Origin: Lama glama
Lineage: Eukaryota
DNA length: 64,000 bases
Assembly: GCA_028534125.1 (NCBI GenBank)
Contig: CM052816.1
Span: 63,304,001 to 63,368,000 of the forward strand
Direction of reading: 5' to 3'
Numbering within the stretch: position 1 is the stretch's first letter; every line of letters begins with the position of its first letter. Made by a program: the position numbers and the translations under genes. Under the pieces are notes generated by a model. The model was not told the DNA's origin and did not search any database. It saw only the letters and a list, made by a program, of their open reading frames with translations. Below, one piece after another: positions 39,521 through 50,764 of this stretch.

Positions 39521-40056
39521 AGCCCTGTTCTTGGTTTTTCTGTTCATATCAAAATTGGCTATAAAAAGAAAAGGTAAAACTTTAAATCACCAAAAAGCTC
39601 TTTAAATGAAAGTTTTATAATACTAGAAATTCTGTACTCTATTTTATTAGGATCAGACAACAATACTAAATATCATAAATCATAAACTATGGTGATAACA
39701 TAAAATAGTAAGTTTGAAATATGTTCCAGAATTATTAGCACCTCCAGGCCATTAACCCACTGTTTGACAAAATAATTCAAATTTAGTGAACTGCAAAATA
39801 AAATGGTTGCTAAGTTAATTTAAAATATTACAACTGACTATAACAAAAGTGACAAATGATTGTGCAGGAATAACGATCTTTGGATATAGTATGTCCCTTT
39901 ATCAACCTGAAGTCTAATATCAAATAAATACCATCATAATTTATGAAAACACAAATTCATTACAGAACAATTACACTCTCTTTAAACTACAGGTTTTCAC
40001 AAACCAAATTATTTTTTGTGTAAGCTAAATGTTCATATTTAAATAAATAATCTTAC

Positions 40057-40290
40057 CAAGAACAGGAAATTCATATTATTAACAATCGGCTGATTCAAGT
40101 AAAGGTTTTCTTTCTAAAATCTGAAGAGCAACATTTCTAAACTGCATTTCTTTCTGCGGCACTGTTGACCACCACCCCTCCACCTTTTTTTTTTTAAGTC
40201 GCAATTTGCTCAGGAAACACCACTCTTCACACTGGTTCCTCCACACTCAGTGTGTAAAACAGAGGTTGCCATGGATACAGGAAACTGAGA
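40057..40290 (-). other. LRRC70: Predicted LRRC70 5' non-coding exon 1 (5' end uncertain)
   Basis: Good donor TTG|gtaaga at 40055-40056, ~500 nt upstream of the coding-exon acceptor; unique sequence next to promoter-like motifs. Confidence 0.6.
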
Positions 40291-40305
40291 GACAGGAAGT
40301 AATGC
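40205..40305. promoter_or_regulatory. LRRC70: Candidate LRRC70 promoter: RFX X-box and ETS sites
   Basis: Near-palindromic GTTGCCATGGATAC (40265-40278); ACAGGAAGT (40292-40300); CAGGAAAC at 40211 and 40278. Confidence 0.5.
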
Positions 40306-41929
40306 TATCTGTGTTTCAAAAGTATTGTTAAAAGGAAATCTCAGGAACTTATTCTTTCAGAATGCAGTTAATCTGAGTTTTTCCAACACACAAATATTTC
40401 ATAATTTTAAAACTAAGTATTTTTTAAAAAACATGAAAATTTAAAATACCCAGAAGAAACAAACTCTATACATCAACAGATAGCTATCAAGTGGAAAAAG
40501 CAAGTAGAAACAAGATACAAATAGAGTAATGTAATTTCTATGAATTTTTTAATGCATAGAATATATTGTTTTGAATATACTGTAGAGACTTCAATTTTAC
40601 TTTATTCCTTGAAAAAAAAAGGTAGCAAAACCGAACAATTCAGAATGGTGAACACAAATGCTGTTACATTATCTTCTATGCTCTTCTTTTATAATTAAAA
40701 AAATATGGAGTATCAAGAACATTGAATACTACCAACTAGCACCTTAATATATTAAGGTGTATGTCTTGGGTTGTAAAATGATATCAGGATAGAATAAAAT
40801 GAACCTTATATTTCTCATACTGTAAAAACTGAGGTAAACTAAAGTGACTATAACACACAGTACATCTAAATAATAGAGGAGAGCTCTCCAGTTGATATCC
40901 TGCAAAATTCTGACATCCAGAAAAACAAAGTTTAGCCTTTCTGCTCACCTAGGAGTTGCTGTTCTTAGAGACAAGTGATCACTACTAGGGAAGACCACAG
41001 AAATCAAAACCGCAAAAAAAGAACTCAGAGACCTCTTCATCTTCCTTGCTATGAACACATCACTAATTAGTGGCAAAACGGGCCTCTCAAGTTTTAGATT
41101 AGAACTCACGTTTCCCAGCTTCCCACTGCGTTTACCAGAAGGTACATTTTCCTGTGCTTTAAGTACTTCCATTTCACAGCAGTTCATATTATTTAGGTAA
41201 TTTAAATTTTTTCTCATGAGTTTTAAATCCTATAACAAGTTAAATAAAATCTTCATATATCTCCAATGCATAATAATTCTCCCCAATCTGAATTCTGACA
41301 TTTTGATTTTGCTCTGGAATAACAAATCAAAGTGGTTCCTCATATCCTTTTCCTCATTCATACTAATATTCATTAGAACTATTTCTGAACCTCTTAACTC
41401 AGGTTCCTAAATGGGCTTCCTTCCCTTTTCTTTTCAGGAAATTGGCTCACTGAATTATTTTTCTCTCATTCTTATTGTACTGCCTTTGTCTTTAAATAAT
41501 ATCATGCTTCAGGTTTCAACACACATCTTTTTTTTTTTTATTCAGAAAATCCATTACAAGTACAAGAATACATAAATAAGAAAACACTGTTCTATTATCA
41601 TCTTTCACACATATCTGGACATTATTTAGACATATAGCATCTATATATAAACCAATCAATATGGGTTTACTTATAAAGAATGGTTACAAAAGCAGTTACT
41701 GATCTTATGGATCTTAAAAGTTACTTATAGATCCTAAACTCAAGAGAATCAAAATTTGAATGAGGTTTACAGTAAAAAATAGTCCAACTGACACAACATT
41801 GTAAACTGACTATAGTTTAAAAAAAAAATAGTCCAGAAACAATAAAAACTTTTATTACTGTGCTCAATGTAGGGGAAAATTTTAATAAGGAGCAGTATCT
41901 CAATACAGATTGCTTAACAGCTGCTGGGA

Positions 41930-42409
41930 AGAAAAATGGTAACTACACAATGGAAAAATCGGACAACACATGACCAGAATTAACATCATTAATGAGAAGA
42001 AGGTGGACACCCCAAACTGCTGGATGTGGTGTTTCAAGAAGGACACATCACTTGTGTAATATTCCAACCAAGGATGCATAACCTGGATCTAATCATGAGG
42101 AAACAGCAGACCTCCAATGAGGAAACTTCTGTTCAGGGACAGGGAGAGAGCAAGGGAAGAATACAGGGAGGGAGGGAGAGAGGGAGGAAGAAAGGAAGAG
42201 AAGAAAGAATAGGATTGTATTCTTCAAACGTGTTAGTTGTAAGTGAGAAAGACGGCTGACGAAGCGACATTACAGTGTAAAAGAGACTACAAAAACATGA
42301 CAACTGAATGCAATACGTGATTCTAGACTGAAGTATTTAGGGATAAAAGGCCATCATGTGTGCATTTTACACGAAAATGGTTTAAAAATAAAGACCACAT
42401 ATGGTGTCT

Positions 42410-42443
<34 letters not shown>

Positions 42444-42480
42444 GTATGTATGCACACACATCCAGAGAGACAGACAGATA
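41930..42480 (+). mobile_element. Old L1ME-type 3' fragment with (TG)n at about 42411-42440
   Basis: gaaggacacatcacttgtgtaatattcc...atgcataacctggatctaatcatgaggaaaca, catgacaactgaatgcaatacgtgattct. Confidence 0.7.
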
Positions 42481-42565
42481 GAAGACACATGCTAACAGTG
42501 TCCAGCCTGTCATGATCATGGAACTTACTGACTAGTAGGGGAGACAGCCATTAAAATGTACTAGA

Positions 42566-43311
42566 GGCAGGAGGGTATAGCTCAGTGGTAGAGTGTGTGT
42601 CTAGCATGCACAAGGTCCTGGGTTCAATCCTCCATTAAAAATAGGACGGATGTAGAATTTCACTACATCAGCAATGACCAGCCTATACTGTACTGGAAAA
42701 CTCAGCATTTTTTGACATAGAAAAAGGCTATCTTTAGTATCCTGTTGTCATGTGTCAGAATCTATGCATTAGAGTTGATGTGTTTTGTACTAGTGTCACA
42801 GCATAAAATCGTATTACAAGACTTAAGGATTCAAGGTCTCTTTAGAGAATTATCATAGATTTACATTAAACGAGAGCCACCGTGTTTGTGTTTTAATTGG
42901 AAGTTCCTTTGGTGTCAGTTGTTTGGAAGTCAATGATGTTTGCCACTGAAATTCACACCCATAGAAATATGTTATACTTTCATGGAACTTTGCTTTAAGT
43001 GACACTATGCACACAGAATTCGTTTCTAGTTCTTGATAGAACTGTACTTAATTCTCAGTATTATTCTTGACTTTTTAAGGGCTGTGCTATGAGACTATGT
43101 TCTACCTTACTGTTAAAATCTAATTACATATATACTTTAGAATTTTTTAAGATAGTCCTTTGGAACCTATAAATGTGAATTTTCATGTAATAACTGCTAA
43201 TAAAATTATATGGAAACATTGGGGAGAAAAGCCTCCATTAAAAATAAATAATAACCTAATTATCCCTCCCCCCCAAAATAAAATAAATTAAACTGTGAAG
43301 TTATTTTTTTC
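42566..43311 (+). mobile_element. tRNA-derived SINE (camelid-type), split by an internal insertion
   Basis: A box tagctcagtggtagag and B box gggttcaatcc; TSD aaatgtactaga at 42554-42565 and 43312-43323 at a TT/AAAA site; the tail resumes at 43232. Confidence 0.9.
42644..43231 (+). pseudogene. Retroposed mRNA-3'-UTR-like fragment, parent unidentified
   Basis: Flanked by the 15-bp direct repeat cctccattaaaaata (42629-42643, 43232-43246); AATAAA at 43199-43204 shortly before a decayed purine/A tail; no repeat motif recognised. Confidence 0.65.
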
Positions 43312-43324
43312 AAATGTACTAGAT

Positions 43325-43725
43325 ACCCAAATATCCTTCAATGGCTGAAGTGATACATTAATACAATGGAATACTACTCAGCAATAAAATAAGAACATTC
43401 TAATAACATACACAATAGCTTAGATAAATTTAAAAGGCATTATGTGTCAAAAGGATATATACTACCTGATTCTGTTTATATGACATTCTCAAGAAGACAA
43501 AATTCTTGTGAAAGAGAACAGACCAGTGGTTATCAAGAGTTAGAGGTCAAGGTGAGGATGTGTCTCCCAAGGTATGTAGCAAAAGAGAGTTTCCTCAGGT
43601 GATAAAATTGTTCCTTGTATTCTAATTGTGGTGATGTTCTCATATATCTACATGTGTTAAAATTTATAATAGTGCATATCCCCCCAAAAAGTCTAATTTA
43701 CTCTATGTACATTTAATAACTAAAA
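43325..43725 (+). mobile_element. Old L1MB/MC-type 3' end
   Basis: aatggaatactactcagcaataaaa, gattctgtttatatgacattct, gagaacagaccagtggttatca. Confidence 0.75.
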
Positions 43726-43792
43726 GTCTTTCTATTTTAGAATATAAATACAAATATTTGCATTTGGAATATTATTCAATCATAAAGAAATG

Positions 43793-45372
43793 AAGATTGC
43801 TTTGGCAATTCTGGGTCTTACGTGGTTCCATATAAATTATGGGATTATTTGTTGTCGTTCCATGGAAAATGCCATGGGTAATGTGACAAAAACCTGAAGG
43901 CATAACCCCTCCTAGACTTCAGACAATACTACAAAGCTACAGTTATCAACACAGCATGGTACTGACACACCAATCAACAGAACAGAATAGAGAGCTCAGA
44001 ATAAACTCACACACCTATGGTCAAATAATCTTTGACAAAGGAGGCAAGAAAAGACAATGCAGAAACGACAGTCTCTTTGGCAAGTGATGATGGGAAAGCT
44101 GGACTACTGAATATAAATCAATGAAGTTAGAACACTTCCTCACACTATACATAAAAATAAAATCAAAATGGCTTGAAGACTTAAGACATGATGTAAGACA
44201 TGACACCATAAAACTCCTAGAAGAGAACATAGGCAAAACATTCTCTGACATAAACTATAGCAATACCTTCTTAGATCAGTCTCCCAATGCAAAACAAATA
44301 AAAGCAAAAATAAACAAATGGGACATGATAAGCTTTTGCACAGTGAAGGAAACCAAAGCCAAAATGAAAAGGCAATCTACAGAATAGGAGAAAATATTTG
44401 CAAATGATGCAAGCAACAAGGGATTAACTTCCAGAATATACAAACAGCTCATACAACTCAGTATCAAAAAAACCTCAAAATCAAAAAATGGGCAGAAGAC
44501 CTAAACAGACATTTCTCCAAAGAAGACAGAGAGATGGCCAAAAGATACATGAAAAGATGCTGAATGTCGCTAATTACTAGAGAAATGCAAATCAAAACTA
44601 CAATGAGGTATCACATCATGCCAGTCACTATGGTCATTGTCAAAAATCTACAAATAATAACCGCTAGAGAGGGTGTAAAGAAAAGAGAACCCACCTACAC
44701 TGTTGGTGGGATGTCAGCTGGTGCAGCCACTATGGAAAACGGTATAGAAGTTCCCTAAAAAACTAAAAATAGAGTTACCAAATGGTCCAGCAATCCCACT
44801 CCTGGGTATGTATCTGGAAAAGACAAAAACTCTATTTCGGAAAGATACACGCACCCCAGTGTTCATAGCAGCACTATTTACAATGTCAAGACAAGGAAGC
44901 AACTTAAATGTCCATCAATATGAAAGTGGATAAAGATGTGGTATACATATACAGTGGAATATTACTCAGCCACAAAAAGAATGAAATACTGCCATTCGCA
45001 GCAACATGGATGGACCTAATAATTACTATGCTAAGTGAAGCCAGATAGAAAAAGACAAGTATTATATGATATCACTGATTGTAGAATCTAAAAAACAAAC
45101 TTATTTATAAAACAGAAACAGATTCAGAGGCATATAAAACAAACTTACATTTACCAAAGGGGAAAGGGGAGAAGGAGGGATAAATTAGGAGCACGGGATT
45201 GACAAACACACAACTATATCTATATAAAACAGATAAACAATAAGGATTTACTGTATAGCATAGGGAACTATATATTCAATATACTGTGATTACCTATAAT
45301 GGAAAAGAATCTGAAGCTGTACACCTGACACTAACACAATTAAGTCAACTATAGTTAAATGAAAAAAAAAAT
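43793..45372 (+). mobile_element. 5'-truncated L1 (ORF2 C-terminal part + 3' UTR + polyA) with a short 5' inversion (about 43793-43885)
   Basis: ORF2 peptides MKLEHFLTLYIKIKSKW and [11 protein letters not shown]-tail at 45362-45371; the first ~90 bp are antisense ORF2 sequence adjacent in the consensus. Confidence 0.9.
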
Positions 45373-45419
45373 AAAGAAAAGCTACCATTCCTCCAAAACA
45401 CAAGGCCCAAATGGTGTAA

Positions 45420-46545
45420 CGGGTTAAAAAAAAATCCTTCATGAAGAAAAATCTTATACAACACAGTGAATTCAGAAGCTCATGAAAAGAGGCCATCAAT
45501 CCTAACATCTTCAGAACAAGATACATCACCTCATACTGCAAATGTTAATGAAATACATTACTTGTGTGGCTACTGTGCAATTTTCATCAATGCTAACACA
45601 TTTCCCATTCAGATGGTCCTATTTTGGCAACCACTGTATGGAATCAAAACCCAGGATGCAGCAGGTGAGGGGAACAGCCCAGTGGTAGAGCACATACTTG
45701 GCATGCTGGTCCTCGATTCAATTCCTAGTGCCTCCATTAAGGGAAAAAAGAATTTTAAAAAAAAGCGGGGGGAATGCGGTTCTTCAGTTGAGGAGAAATG
45801 TATTTGAAACTTGTATTGTCAAATCCTCCCCACATTAATGCAGAAGACAACTACACTGGCACTTACGTTTGGGTCTGTAGGAAGATTTATCTTGCCTCTC
45901 CTTAAGCATATCAGTACCCTGGAGTTTGCAACCCCTAGCACAGTAGCAGTATTTGTAGGGACAACAGAAGCAATTTTCACTCCACTGGAAAGAGTTCAAG
46001 CACTACATTAAGACCACAAGCATCATGACAAAGTTACAAACACTTATCAGGCTTTCAAGACACTGAAATGCCATGGAATTACAGAGTATTATGGAGGATG
46101 GATGCCTATTTTTAAAAGATTCAGCAACGTCCCTTCTTTTGCCTTTGAGGTAATGTCAAGGAGCATCTGCCTACCATGATGACTCATAGTGCTCATCTGG
46201 TCAATGATTTTATCTGTGGAGGTCCCATGTTGGGACTTTGTTTTTTCCAGTTAATGTTGTAAAATCTTCATGTAGTCTCAGATTGATGGGAAATTTCTAT
46301 CTTTCCTGAAGGTTTTCCAAAAAATCTGGCTAGAATGGGACTGACAAATTTTTTCAAAGCTGTCCATGTAAATTACCATCAGTCCCTCATCTCTTGGGGC
46401 ATAGTTAATGTGACTTACGAGTTCTTGTTAAAGATTATGTGAAAGAAATTGGTTAAGTGCCATTTATCAACTGAATAGACCTAAGAAGAATGCAGTTTGG
46501 TCTCATTTCTAATTGGCCAAATTACTGGGGAGAGGGGGAAGAAAA
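45420..46545 (+). pseudogene. SLC25A51: SLC25A51 (MCART1, mitochondrial NAD+ carrier) retro-pseudogene; CDS remnant at about 45463-46442
   Basis: Peptides [58 protein letters not shown] and [19 protein letters not shown] match SLC25A51. Start ATG lost, in-frame stop at 46009-46011, frameshifts, SINE insertion and A-rich 3' end. Confidence 0.92.
45662..45765 (+). mobile_element. tRNA-derived SINE inserted in the SLC25A51 pseudogene
   Basis: cagcccagtggtagagcacatacttggcatgc...gattcaattcctagtgcctccattaa plus A-tail; the carrier reading frame resumes at cttcagttgaggaga. Confidence 0.85.
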
Positions 46546-46654
46546 AAAAGAAATAATCTTTTGGACACAAATGTCCTTAGAAATAAAAATTCAAGAATCC
46601 CAAAGAAAAAGCAACCTAAGTGTCCACTGATGGATGGATAAAAAAGATGTGGCA

Positions 46655-49600
46655 GAGTAGAACCACAAGCTCGCCTCTCCTCGTGACTACAACAAAACCA
46701 CAACTGACTGCTAAACAACCACTAGACAAAACGATGGGAATCTAGCAAAAAAGATCTTCAACTAGAAACATAAAGAGAGAACCAGAGTAGGACATTAGGA
46801 GAGGCATGCTTGTGATATAACTGGGTTCCATTACCTCCAGGTGGGCAACCCATAACCTGAAGAATAATTAAGCTACAGAGGCCCTCCTACAGGAGTGAGA
46901 GTTCTCAGCCCCACGTCAGGCTCCCCAGCCCAGGGTTGTGGCATTGGGAGGAGGAGATCCCAGGTCATCCAGTTTTGAAGGCCAGTGGGGCTTAACTCCA
47001 GGAGACCCATGGGACTGAGGGAAACAGAGATTTCATTCTCTTGGGAAGCGTACACAGACTCTTTGCATGCACCAGGTCCAAGGGCAGAGGCAGTCATTTC
47101 ATAGGAACCCAGGCCAGACCTGCCTGTTGGTTTTAGAAGGTCCCCTGGGAAGGCAAAGGATGGCTGCAGCTCACCCAGGGGACATAGAAGCTGGTGACAG
47201 ACATTCTGGAAGTGTTCACCTATATGTGCTTTCCTGGAGGCTGACACCTTGATTGGATCATTAGCATCAAGACTTAGCCCCACCCAACAGCCCGCAGGCT
47301 TAAGGGCTGGGAAGACTCAGGCCAAACAACACATTGAATGGGAACCCAGTCCCACCCATCAGCAGACTTCCTGAGCCACAAACTCCTCTAGACACTGCCC
47401 TACCCACCATAGGTCCAGAATCACGCTTCACCCAGCAGTGGCCAGGCATTAACTCCTCCTGCCAAGAAACCTGCATAAGCCTCTAGTCCAGCCTCATTCA
47501 CCAGGGGCAGATACCAGAAATAAGAAAACAACAATCTCAAAGCCTGTGGAAGGAATCCACATACACAGGCCAGGCTCTACACTGGGACTGGTTGGAACCT
47601 GGTCCTTGGGTGACAAGAGAGGAGTGTACTGCTGGGACACATAGGATGTCTCCCACAGAGGGCCACCTCTCCAAGGTCGAGAAACATAACTAACCTATCT
47701 AGAAATATAAACAGAAAGATAAACAATACGAGGTGGCAGAGAAATATCTTCCAGGCCAAGGCACAAGGTAACACCCCAGGAGAAGAAATAAGTGATGAGG
47801 AGATAGGCAATTTATCCAAGAGTTTAGAATAACGATGGCAAAGATGTTCAGAGAACTTGAGGAGTACAGATGCACAGAGTGAAGTTTTTAGCAAAGAGAA
47901 AATATAAAGTATACCCAAACAGGATTGAAGAATAAAATTACTGTAATGAATAGCACGCTAGAAGGAACCAAAATAGACTAAATGAGGCAGAGCACGAATT
48001 AGTGAGATAGAAGACAGATTAGTGGAAATCACTAATGCAGAACAGAAAAAAGAAAAAAAGAATGAAAAGAAATAAGGATAGTTTAAGAGAACTCTGGGAC
48101 AACATGAAATGCACTAATATTCACATTATAGGGGTCCCAGAAAGAGGAGAGAGAAAGAAAGAACCTGAGAAATTTTTTGAAGAGATAGTAACAGAAAACT
48201 CCTCCAACTTGGGAAAGGAAATAGTCGCCCAAGTCTGGGAAGCGCAAACAGCTCCACATAGGATCAACCCAAAGAGGAACATACCAAGGCACATAGTAAC
48301 CACACTGACAAAAATTAAGGATAGGAGAAAATACTAAAACGTGCAAAAGAAAAGCAACAAATAACATACAAGGGAACTCTCATAAGGTTATCAGCTGATT
48401 TTTCAGCAGAAACTCTACAGTCCAGAAGGGAGAAGCATGCTATATTCAAAGTGATGAAAGGGTAAAACTTACAACCAGGAATACTCTATCTTAGCAAGGC
48501 TCTCATTCAGATTTGATGGAGAAATCAAAAGCTTCACAGATTAACAAAAACTAAAAGAATTCAGCACCACCAAACAAGCTTTACAACAAATGTGAAAGAA
48601 CTTCTCTAGCCATCAAACCACAAGAAAAGAGAACAAAAAGAGAAAAAAAAACACCTACAAAAGATTGCTTTGGCAGTTTGGGGTCTTTTAGGGTTCCATA
48701 TAAATTGTGGAATTGTTTGTTCTAGTCCTGTGAAAAATGTCATGGCTATTTTGACATGCATTGCATTGGATTTGTAGATTGCTTTGGGTAGTGTGGCCAT
48801 TTTGATAATGTTGATTCTTTCAATCCAAGAGCACAAGAAATCTTTCCATTTCTTTGTATCACCTTCAATTACCTTCATCAATGTTTTACAATTTTCAGAG
48901 TACAGGTAACCTTCTTGGTTAGGTTTATTTCTAGGTATTTTGTTGTTTTTGATGCAATGGAAATGTTTATGTCAGTTGTAAAATTCTGGTTTTTGAAGTG
49001 CAAAAAAAAAAAAAAAGTAAAGGGCCACAAATGGCAGTATAATTCTTTTTTTTACAGGTGAGTTATATTCCATTGCATATATGTGCTACATCTTTTTTAT
49101 CCATTCATCTATTGATGTACTTAGGATGCTTCCATGTCTTGGCAATTGTAAACAGTGCTGCTGTTAATAGCAGGGTGTATGTATGTTTTTGAATTAATAT
49201 TTTTGTTTTTCTCCAGTATACGCCCAGGAATGGAATTGCTGGGCCATGTGGTGGTTCGTTTTTGGAGTTCTGAGTGGCTGCACCAATTTACATTCCCACC
49301 AACACTGTACAGGGGTTCCCTTTTCTCCACATCCTTGCCAACATTTGTTGTTTGTGTTCTTTTTGATGATGGCCATTCTGACAGGTGTGAGATGGTGCCT
49401 CATTGTGGTTCTGATTTCATTTCCCTGATACTGTTGATGTTGAGCAGCTTTTCATGTTCCTGTTGGCCATCTGTATTTCCTCTTTTGGAAAAAGTCTGTT
49501 CAGTTCTGTCCATATTTTAAATGGGTTGTTTCTTTGTTTTTTAATCAGTTGATTTAAAATGCTGTATTAGTTTCTGGTGTACAGCATGGGTGGACTTGGA

Positions 49601-50030
49601 AGGCATTATGCTAAGTGAAGTAAGTCAGACAGAGAAAGACAAACACTGTAATACATCACTTACATGTGGAATCTAAAAAAATACAACAAAGTAGTGAATA
49701 TGATATAAAAGAAACAGATTCACAGATGCAGAGAAGGAACCAGTGCAGAGAGGGAAGGGAGAGGGGCAAGATGGAGGTGGAAGATTAAAAGGTACAAACT
49801 ATCAGGTATGAAATAAGCTACAAGGGGTATTGTACAACATGGGGAATACAGATAATATTTTATAATAACTATAAATGGAGTATAACCTTTAAAAATTTTG
49901 AATCACTATATTGTATACCTATAACAGAATATTATACATCAACTATACCTCAATTTAAAAAATACAAATTATAAAATAAAGTTATAAAAATATTAAAAAT
50001 TAAAATTAAAAAAATTAACCATTTTTAAAA
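46655..50030 (+). mobile_element. Rearranged L1: 5' UTR (about 46655-47700), ORF1 (about 47700-48610), inverted ORF2 pieces (48661-49520) and forward 3' end (49585-50030)
   Basis: ORF1 peptide DSLRELWDNMKCTNIHIIGVPE...INPKRNIPRHIV on +; ORF2 peptides WKDFLCSWIERINIIKMATLPKAIY and [15 protein letters not shown] on -; GC-richer 5' UTR; A-rich tail. Confidence 0.9.
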
Positions 50031-50764
50031 AAAGCTGAGGTAGAACTGAAGGAGTTAACAGCTGGAGGCTGTCAATTGACCTTCCTTCTCCTAACAGTCC
50101 TTTTTTGAAGGAGGAGCAGCCATTTCAGTGTCTGTCACAAGGAGGCATAGAATAAAAGTCCCTACTGACGCCTCCAGGATTAGGGACATTTCCTCCAGGA
50201 AGTGACATTTAAACTGAGGCCTCATGGATAGATTAAAATTGGCGAGGGAAGAGTGAGAGGATTCCCGACCAGGGAACAGATGTGGGAAGGCTCTTTGTGG
50301 CAAGGGTTTTGAATTCTTGAAGGAACTGAAAAAAGATGGCTGAGCACAACGCGTTGAGGACAATGCTGGTTTCCAGCATACACTCCAGAAATCAATCCTT
50401 CTCAAACTTAGTGTGTATGATGTTCTTTTTTGAGAATCTCTAATTTAAAACGCGGATCTCTGAACCCCACTCAAACATTCTAATGCAGTAGGTCTGATGT
50501 ACAGCCCATCACCTAGGTTTTAATAAGCACTTTGGAGGATTGTGATAAATAGTAGTTGTTGTTATTATCTCTTTACTTGCCTGTCTCCCACAGACTGTGA
50601 GTTCTTCTCAGTTTCCTAGCACCCGGCATAAAATGTGCACTTGATAAACATTTGAGGAATGAATAAATGACAAATAAAAAAATTGAGGGCCAGGTAATGA
50701 AAATAGGATATCTAAAAGCACCTTATAAACCATAAATAAAATGTTCTATACTGTTAAAAAAAAT

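Noticed and set aside
37684..39605. Short plus-strand ORFs antisense to LRRC70
   Set aside because: 60-75 aa shadow ORFs on the opposite strand of a real CDS
42566..42635. tRNA-like sequence with A and B boxes
   Set aside because: No complete acceptor stem; it has an A-rich tail and TSDs, so it is a SINE head and not a tRNA gene (same for 45662-45765)
45466..45807. 113-aa ORF as a functional SLC25A51-SINE fusion protein
   Set aside because: GTG start replaces the ATG, the frame runs through the SINE A-tail, and the rest of the carrier has stops and frameshifts
46873..47283. 136-aa antisense ORF in the L1 5' UTR (ORF0-like?)
   Set aside because: Starts at GTG in GC-rich decayed L1 UTR; no recognisable homology; expected by chance
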